This document shows positions 6,385 through 11,720 of a DNA stretch of 11,720 bases, in pieces (position 1 is the first letter of the stretch; each line of letters starts with the position of its first letter). Origin of the DNA: Candidatus Bathyarchaeia archaeon. GTDB taxonomy: Archaea; Thermoproteota; Bathyarchaeia; Bathyarchaeales; Bathycorpusculaceae. The stretch is from contig JAVZLQ010000008.1 of the NCBI GenBank assembly GCA_038883655.1, positions 1-11,720 of the forward strand, in the 5' to 3' direction. Below the pieces are notes generated by a model. That model did no database searches and was not told the origin of the DNA. It worked only from the letters and a program-made list of their open reading frames with translations. Both the position numbers and the translations under genes were made by a program.

Positions 6385-7275
6385 TTATATATCTGTCCTT
6401 AGCTTAAGCAGATAAGCAATGTTAGCCTTCGAATCTATCTTGGGGACTATTTTGCCCTTCGAGGATGTGAAAAGCGTGGTGACGCCCGGACCGTGTCCGG
6501 AGGTTACACAGTTCGTGTGAACCACAATGCCCACTGAAACAGCGCCTTTACGGTAAATCCTACCAAAGGAGTGATCCGCATCCAAAATAGCCACCAAATC
6601 GCCAAGTCGCAAATCCTCAAGCCCATATTCGCGGCGTGTCGCTTCATCAAAAAGTTGAATATCATAATCGCCGGAATAAGTCTGGTTTGCGCCTAAACCA
6701 GAACCCATAATCGCCGCCGGAATCACATGGGTCACTGGAACCTCAAGCTTGTCGCCCACAGGCTTTGGATTTAAAGCCTCCAAAAAACGAGGGTCCATAT
6801 TCATGACTTTTATGTCTGGAAAATCCAGAAGTTTTAAGCCTACGCCGAAAGCCTTCACCAGAACCTTGTCGCCCAACATGAGCTTTTCAAGAATCTCAGG
6901 CTGAAAATCTACAAGCACATGCTCAATCCCACCATGTTTGCCAGTAACAACTCCCCTCGCGCCTTTCGCGTCGCCTGAAACAACGACAGCCTCATTTCCA
7001 ATACATGAAAGCACATTCAAAGCCGTGTTGGCGCCACGTCCAAAACTCGGGTCATTCTCCTTGTTTTCTATGCTTACGCCCGGCTCAACATGATCTGCTT
7101 CCCAACCGCATGCAGGATCACCAACACGCACGTTGTATGTTATACCGCCCACACCAGGCAAAACCATAGGAACCCCTTCAGCTGAAATGTTGTACACGCC
7201 TCTTCCATAAACCGGACTGGCCACTTCACCTACAACCGAAATTTTAACAAGCTTATCAACATTTGTTCTAAGCAT
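6385..7275 (-). CDS. DUF4438 family protein (TM1086-like)
   Basis: RTNVDKLV, LPGVGGITYNVRVGD, DHVEPGVS, SCIGN, VTGKHGG.EHV, MGSGLG, GDYDI, GHGPGVT; SD GAGGGA upstream. Confidence 0.85.
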   Translation of the reverse strand: MLRTNVDKLVKISVVGEVASPVYGRGVYNISAEGVPMVLPGVGGITYNVRVGDPACGWEADHVEPGVSIENKENDPSFGRGANTALNVLSCIGNEAVVVSGDAKGARGVVTGKHGGIEHVLVDFQPEILEKLMLGDKVLVKAFGVGLKLLDFPDIKVMNMDPRFLEALNPKPVGDKLEVPVTHVIPAAIMGSGLGANQTYSGDYDIQLFDEATRREYGLEDLRLGDLVAILDADHSFGRIYRKGAVSVGIVVHTNCVTSGHGPGVTTLFTSSKGKIVPKIDSKANIAYLLKLRTDI

Positions 7276-7317
7276 ACATCCTTTCCCTCAACCTTGCATA
7301 AAGACAAGGACAGCTAA

Positions 7318-7330
7318 AATAATAAGTTTC
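7318..7330 (-). promoter_or_regulatory. BRE/TATA-like promoter of the DUF4438 gene
   Basis: Minus strand GAAACTTATTATT, about 45-55 nt upstream of ATG 7275. Confidence 0.45.
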
Positions 7331-7360
7331 CCAGAGTAAAACCGTGGGGCACATGGAATA

Positions 7361-7379
7361 TGACAAGTTTTAAATGTCA
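7361..7379 (+). promoter_or_regulatory. TATA box of the CBS operon flanked by the inverted repeat TGACA-N9-TGTCA
   Basis: TGACA AGTTTTAAA TGTCA; SD GGAGG at 7437-7441 before ATG 7445. Confidence 0.5.
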
Positions 7380-7444
7380 CTTTCTAGTTTTGAGTTGAGT
7401 GAAGCATTACAAACAGCCAACAAGGAGTCGACGGTTGGAGGAAA

Positions 7445-8047
7445 ATGGCTGAAATAGGTTTAAGGTCGAAAATGCTTGTCAGGGATGTGATGAGCAGCCC
7501 GGTTATAACAATCGATGAGGAAGCCCCTGCAAACCACGTTGCAGAGCTCATGGACAAGCATGAATTAGGCTGCATTGTAGTAACAAACAAAGAGGGGAAA
7601 CCCATAGGGATAATAACTGAAAGAGACCTAGTCACAAGAGTGCTAGCAAAAAACCTCAAACCAGATAAGGTTAAGGCCAAAGACGTGATGACGTCGCCGC
7701 TAATAACTATAGAGCCAGGCGAAACAATAAATGAGGCTGCCAGAAAAATGAGTAGACTAAACATCAGAAGACTCGGTGTAGTCTACAAGGGCGAATTAGT
7801 CGGGCTTATTTCAAGCAAGGACATTTTGGCAGTTATGCCGGAACTAATAGAAACCATGCAGGAGAAAGCCCTAATAGAAGGCGAAAACATGGCGCAAACC
7901 ATACCTGAAGAAGAAACAAGCGAGGAGGAAGCATCCCTAAGCGGATACTGCGATCGTTGCGGAGGATGGTCGGACAACCTAAAAGACGTTGATGGTGCTT
8001 ACCTATGCGAAGACTGCCGAGCCGAAATGGAGATTGAAGAAGAGTAA
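7445..8047 (+). CDS. CBS-pair protein with an acidic linker and C-terminal Zn ribbon
   Basis: VRDVMSSPVITI, GIITERDL, AKDVMTSPLITI, GLISSKDI; CDRC-x16-CEDC. Confidence 0.92.
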   Translation: MAEIGLRSKMLVRDVMSSPVITIDEEAPANHVAELMDKHELGCIVVTNKEGKPIGIITERDLVTRVLAKNLKPDKVKAKDVMTSPLITIEPGETINEAARKMSRLNIRRLGVVYKGELVGLISSKDILAVMPELIETMQEKALIEGENMAQTIPEEETSEEEASLSGYCDRCGGWSDNLKDVDGAYLCEDCRAEMEIEEE

Positions 8048-8060
8048 AAGGGGAGATTGC

Positions 8061-8846
8061 TTGCGTGTAGAAGAAATAGCCAACCAAAAACACCCGTCCA
8101 TTTATGAGGATGAACTTGCCACAAAAGCTCGCGCCATTATCCGCGACTTCTCTCTGAGAATTCTTCCGGTAATAAACGCTGAAAAAAGACTCGTAGGAGT
8201 GGTCTCCCGAAGCTCAGTGATGACCATATCTTCATCGATTTCACCAATAAAAGTGAAAGGTATAATGACGAACCCAAAGCATATAGCCACCATGGACGAC
8301 GACGCATATCAAACAGTCAGAGAAATGATACGCCTAGACGAATGGAATATACCAGTTGTAAATGCTCCGACAGAGAAACTTTTGAAAGGAGTTTTAGGCT
8401 TGGAAAACTTTATAGAAAACATTATAAAAACAAGTCCGGAAAAACTAGCCAAACCAGTTTCCGAAATAATGTCGACAAAAGTTTTAACATGCAGTCCAGA
8501 AGATGAAGTGGATAATGTCTGGCGTCTAATGCAGGAAAAGGCTTTAGCCGGGCTTCCAGTCGTCGCTAAAGACAAGCTTGTAGGGATAGTCACACAAAAG
8601 GATCTCCTTGAAAGCGGAGCACTGCTTCCAACATTCGAATCCCACAAGGGTAGACATAGATCCCCAACAAAGATTTCCGCGGTTATGAAGACAAACGTGA
8701 TAGCGGTTCAGCCCTCGATAAAGGCGATACGCGTCGCAAAAATAATGGTTTCAAAAGATATCGGACGAGTTCCAGTTATTGATAAGGACGGAAGGCTAAT
8801 AGGCATAGTGGACCGCGAGGATATAACCAAACCTATTGTAAAGTAG
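8061..8846 (+). CDS. Four-CBS-domain protein
   Basis: LPVI..LVGVVSR, IPVV..GVLG, LPVV..LVGIVTQKDL, VPVI..LIGIVDREDI. TTG 8061 with SD GGGGAG is preferred over 7989. Confidence 0.9.
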   Translation: MRVEEIANQKHPSIYEDELATKARAIIRDFSLRILPVINAEKRLVGVVSRSSVMTISSSISPIKVKGIMTNPKHIATMDDDAYQTVREMIRLDEWNIPVVNAPTEKLLKGVLGLENFIENIIKTSPEKLAKPVSEIMSTKVLTCSPEDEVDNVWRLMQEKALAGLPVVAKDKLVGIVTQKDLLESGALLPTFESHKGRHRSPTKISAVMKTNVIAVQPSIKAIRVAKIMVSKDIGRVPVIDKDGRLIGIVDREDITKPIVK

Positions 8847-8862
8847 ATTTAAGGTGGTAAAA

Positions 8863-9771
8863 TTGAGTAAAGAAACTTTCAGGCGGACATTAAGAGGAAA
8901 AGGTCCAGTTTCTCTTAAAAGCCCTGCAGCGAAAAAACGGGAAGGCGAAATATTTCATATAGCCAAAAGCCCAGTCATAACAACGGCGCCTACAACACCC
9001 ATCTACGATGCCGTCAAAATAATGGCGAAAGAAGGGTTCCGAAGAATCCCCATAGCTGACCCGGGAGCAAAAACCCTCACAGGAATAGTGACAGCCACAG
9101 ACCTCGTTGATTATCTTGGCGGAGGTAGAAAATTCGAAATTATTCAGCAAAAGTTTTCTGGAAACATCTTCAAAGCCATAAATGAGCCGATAAAGTTGAT
9201 AATGACCCAAAACGTTTTCGCTGTTAAAACTACCGCGGAGATAAGCGAAGCAATACAATTAATGAAAGAGAAAAACGTTGGCGGCTTACCAGTTGTTGAT
9301 GAAGAAAACCGTGTTAGGGCAATAATTACAGAGAGAGACATAGCGCACATGTTTGCAGACCGCATGAGCGGAGTAAAAGTCGCCCAGCTTATGACAGACC
9401 GTGTAGTGACGGCGCTTCCTCAAACAACCATTTTCGAAGCAGAAAAAACCATGATCACTCAAGGCTTTAGAAGGCTTCCAATAATTTCAGACGACAAAGT
9501 CCTAGGCATAATAACAACCATGGATATAATCCGCTTTTTCGGCACTGGCGAAGTCTTCAAACATTTACAATCTGGAACAATAACGCAGGTGCTAAACACT
9601 CCAGCCCTAAAAGTAGCTACAACAGAGGTTTCAACGATTGATCCAGAGGCGGATGCTGGACAAGCAGCAAAAATAATGAGAGAGAGAAACCTCGGCGCTC
9701 TACCAGTTGTCAAAAACGGAAAGCTTTTGGGCATAATAACCGAGAGAGATTTCTTCAAAATAATAGAGTAG
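8863..9771 (+). CDS. Four-CBS-domain protein, MJ1225-like (archaeal gamma-AMPK-like adenylate sensor)
   Basis: GFRRIPI..GIVTATDLVDYLGGG.K, AINEP, NVGGLPVV, ITERD, GFRRLPI, F.HLQSG, GALPVV match the M. jannaschii MJ1225 pattern as I recall it. Start is TTG 8863 (SD AAGGTGG at 8851-8857) or GTG 8854. Confidence 0.9.
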   Translation: MSKETFRRTLRGKGPVSLKSPAAKKREGEIFHIAKSPVITTAPTTPIYDAVKIMAKEGFRRIPIADPGAKTLTGIVTATDLVDYLGGGRKFEIIQQKFSGNIFKAINEPIKLIMTQNVFAVKTTAEISEAIQLMKEKNVGGLPVVDEENRVRAIITERDIAHMFADRMSGVKVAQLMTDRVVTALPQTTIFEAEKTMITQGFRRLPIISDDKVLGIITTMDIIRFFGTGEVFKHLQSGTITQVLNTPALKVATTEVSTIDPEADAGQAAKIMRERNLGALPVVKNGKLLGIITERDFFKIIE

Positions 9772-9791
9772 CCAGCTAAGGCGTTTAACAG

Positions 9792-10862
9792 TTGCCCAAA
9801 ACTGCGCCTTGCCTAAAATTACCCAAGTTTTACGGAGAGAAGGTAATAATCTCTGCTCATAAACTTGGAATAATTGACAAGGAATTGAAAATTCAAAGGG
9901 ACAACAACTACATTTATGTGCCATTAGTTAGAAGCCCGCAATCAGATGAATTTGAAAAACTTAGAGAATACAGTCCAACAATCGAAGTTTTGACGTATAC
10001 TTTTCCAGAACAGCGAAAAAAGCCTAAAACAATTCATGAAGCTTTGGAGGATAAAATGCCTCCACACTTATTGGCTTGTCTTCCACGCGCCATAGACTTT
10101 GTAGGGGACATAGCTATAATCGAAATTCCACCGGAACTTGAAGCTTACAAGACTGAGATAGGAAACGCCGTACTTCAGGTGCACAAAAACGTACAGACAG
10201 TTTTGGCGAAGGCTGGAGCTGTTAAAGGGGAATATCGCCTAAGAGAGTTCCATGTGATCGCTGGGAAAGCCAAAACCGAAACCATCCATAAAGAACATGG
10301 ATGCCAATTCTACATAGATCTAGCTAAAGCTTACTTTTCGCCACGTTTGTCACACGAACACATGCGAGTGGCATCCGCAGTCAAAGAGGGCGAAACAGTC
10401 ATAGACATGTTCACCGGAGTTGGACCATTCGCAATACTTATCGCAAAAACACATGTAAACGTCAAGGTTTACGCTATAGACATAAACCCAGATGCAATAC
10501 AACTACTAAAAAGGAATGTTAGACTAAACCGTGTCAACGGAAAAGTCTATCCAACACTTGGCGACGCAAGACAAATCATTAAACAGCAACTCTGCGGAAT
10601 AGCAAACCGTGTGATAATGAATCTACCAGAAAAGGCCATAGCATTTGTAGACGCTGCATGCGAAGCGCTAAAACCGGAAGGTGGAGTCATCCACTTCTAC
10701 AGTTTCGTGAAAGGCTTAAACGGGTTAGAAGACTTAAAAGCCAAGTTCATAGCAGAGGTAGAGAAACATGGACTAAGTGTTAGGACAATCCTCTTTTCAA
10801 GACTTGTTCGCGAAACAGCCCCCTATGAGTGGCAAGCTGTCATAGACGCCGAAATATGTTAA
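9792..10862 (+). CDS. trm5: tRNA (guanine37-N1)-methyltransferase Trm5 (NLP-motif type)
   Basis: N-terminal D1 domain (IQRDNNYIYVP), DFVGDIAII, GEYRLR, TIHKEHG, YFSPRL..E, DMFTGVGPF, IDINPDA, RVIMNLP, GGVIHFY. Confidence 0.92.
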   Translation: MPKTAPCLKLPKFYGEKVIISAHKLGIIDKELKIQRDNNYIYVPLVRSPQSDEFEKLREYSPTIEVLTYTFPEQRKKPKTIHEALEDKMPPHLLACLPRAIDFVGDIAIIEIPPELEAYKTEIGNAVLQVHKNVQTVLAKAGAVKGEYRLREFHVIAGKAKTETIHKEHGCQFYIDLAKAYFSPRLSHEHMRVASAVKEGETVIDMFTGVGPFAILIAKTHVNVKVYAIDINPDAIQLLKRNVRLNRVNGKVYPTLGDARQIIKQQLCGIANRVIMNLPEKAIAFVDAACEALKPEGGVIHFYSFVKGLNGLEDLKAKFIAEVEKHGLSVRTILFSRLVRETAPYEWQAVIDAEIC

Positions 10863-11284
10863 ACTTCAACAGTTATGGTTATTCTCACTTTTTGTGATGG
10901 ATTCTGCAGCACCGCCACAAGCTCCCTTGAAAAGTCGCATGCGGCCTTATCTGCCTTTATCGCCAACGTCCTGTCACATACATAATCGCTTTTTCTAACC
11001 ACTAAATCCGTGGGATGTGCCAGAACAAGCTTTGAACATCCAAAGGCGTATATGGTTTCAGCCATCCTTCCCGCATCAATATTGATAATCACTCTTGCAC
11101 TGTCCTTACGCAAAAACTCCTTAAACTCGGACTTAAAATCTTGAAAACTTTTATCGGCTGAAACTGCGACGATGCAGTCCCCTCTAACCGAAAGTTTCTT
11201 CTCCTTTGTTATTTCAAATGTTGATCTATGGGTAGCTCTAATATTTTCATGCCCGAAGGCGTTAATAACCTCTACAACCTTCAT
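10859..11284 (-). CDS. DUF371 family protein
   Basis: GHENIRATHRSTFEITKE, RGDCIVAV.ADK, VVRKSDY..DRTLAIKADKAA.D. Confidence 0.9.
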   Translation of the reverse strand: MKVVEVINAFGHENIRATHRSTFEITKEKKLSVRGDCIVAVSADKSFQDFKSEFKEFLRKDSARVIINIDAGRMAETIYAFGCSKLVLAHPTDLVVRKSDYVCDRTLAIKADKAACDFSRELVAVLQNPSQKVRITITVEV

Positions 11285-11357
11285 AGAATACCTCTAACAG
11301 TAGGGCTGTGATTGTAGTCACAAATTCTTCATTCCAGCTTCTTTAACCTTCACAATT

Positions 11358-11720
11358 TTACTCCAAAACTTCCACCGAATCCACTTTACCGTCTCCATCC
11401 AAGTCAAGGCCTTGTATAACAGCCGCGAAGGGCTCGCCATCTCTATACTTTTCCAGAGTTTTCTTCCAAAAGTTTGTTAACGCCAACACACATGCTTTTG
11501 TGCCAACCGCTTTGTTTCCGGCTAAAACAATAACCCACTTGCTGGAATCCCATGGATTAATAATTTTCGCTATAAGCCCAACGCTGTCAGCTGTGTAAAC
11601 CCGCCCAGTTTTAGCAGAAACAAGTCCACCAAACAGGAAACCTTGCTCAGACGGTTGCATGTTAAATTTTATGGGTAGGTACTCGTTAAGTTCCTGCGTC
11701 AACAAGTTTGTTCCAGGTCC
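11358..11720 (-). CDS. 3' part of an uncharacterised archaeal protein with a GP.TN alpha/beta domain and a terminal DxDxDG motif; continues beyond the window
   Basis: Frame is open from 11720 (GPGTNLLTQE...), so 11705 is not the start; NPWD, VIVLAG..AVGTKA, DLDGDGKVDSVE. Confidence 0.75.
   Translation of the reverse strand, partial: GPGTNLLTQELNEYLPIKFNMQPSEQGFLFGGLVSAKTGRVYTADSVGLIAKIINPWDSSKWVIVLAGNKAVGTKACVLALTNFWKKTLEKYRDGEPFAAVIQGLDLDGDGKVDSVEVLE

Noticed and set aside
5385-6407. ORFs 5385-5738, 5670-5876, 6095-6313 and 6108-6407
   Set aside because: They overlap well-supported genes in other frames or on the other strand.
7989-8060. Long overlap between the second CBS gene and the Zn-ribbon coding region
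   Set aside because: TTG 8061 has a good SD and begins the first CBS repeat, so the overlap is an ORF-calling artefact.
7384-9924. Minus-strand ORFs across the CBS operon
   Set aside because: Antisense shadows typical of codon bias; no motifs.
9792-10862. Assignment as the wyosine enzyme Taw2 or as Trm5a
   Set aside because: The RVIMNLP motif and a full D1 domain fit NLP-type Trm5 rather than the MGY (Taw2) or PTP (Trm5a) types as I recall them.
1-11720. tRNA, rRNA, CRISPR array, transposase, integrase or defence genes
   Set aside because: No cloverleaf, regularly spaced repeats, terminal inverted repeats or relevant protein motifs were seen by eye.

Overview
Gene-dense archaeal chromosomal window. 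Ribosomal protein S26e points to the TACK/Asgard side; gene content and style suggest Bathyarchaeia (inference). Left end (1-1800): an accessory catabolic-looking trio made of the first 17 codons of a possible pyrogallol-transhydroxylase-like molybdopterin enzyme (missing from the ORF track), an Arg-less Rid-family protein and a metal-dependent cyclase/kynurenine-formamidase-like hydrolase. Next come a COG1709-type HTH regulator, a DUF72 TIM-barrel protein with an extra C-terminal domain converging on a family-4 uracil-DNA glycosylase, and a frameshifted NAD-dependent epimerase pseudogene. These are followed by a CDP-alcohol phosphatidyltransferase, rps26e, a DUF4438 protein, three tandem CBS-domain genes (one with a Zn ribbon, one MJ1225/gamma-AMPK-like) running into trm5, a DUF371 gene, and the 3' end of a gene ending in an EF-hand-like loop. 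I saw no tRNA, rRNA, CRISPR array or mobile element. Family calls come from motif recognition and memory, not database searches. No novel system is proven. The best leads are the left-end catabolic module, the DUF72-fusion/UDG pair and the CBS operon with its candidate operator.
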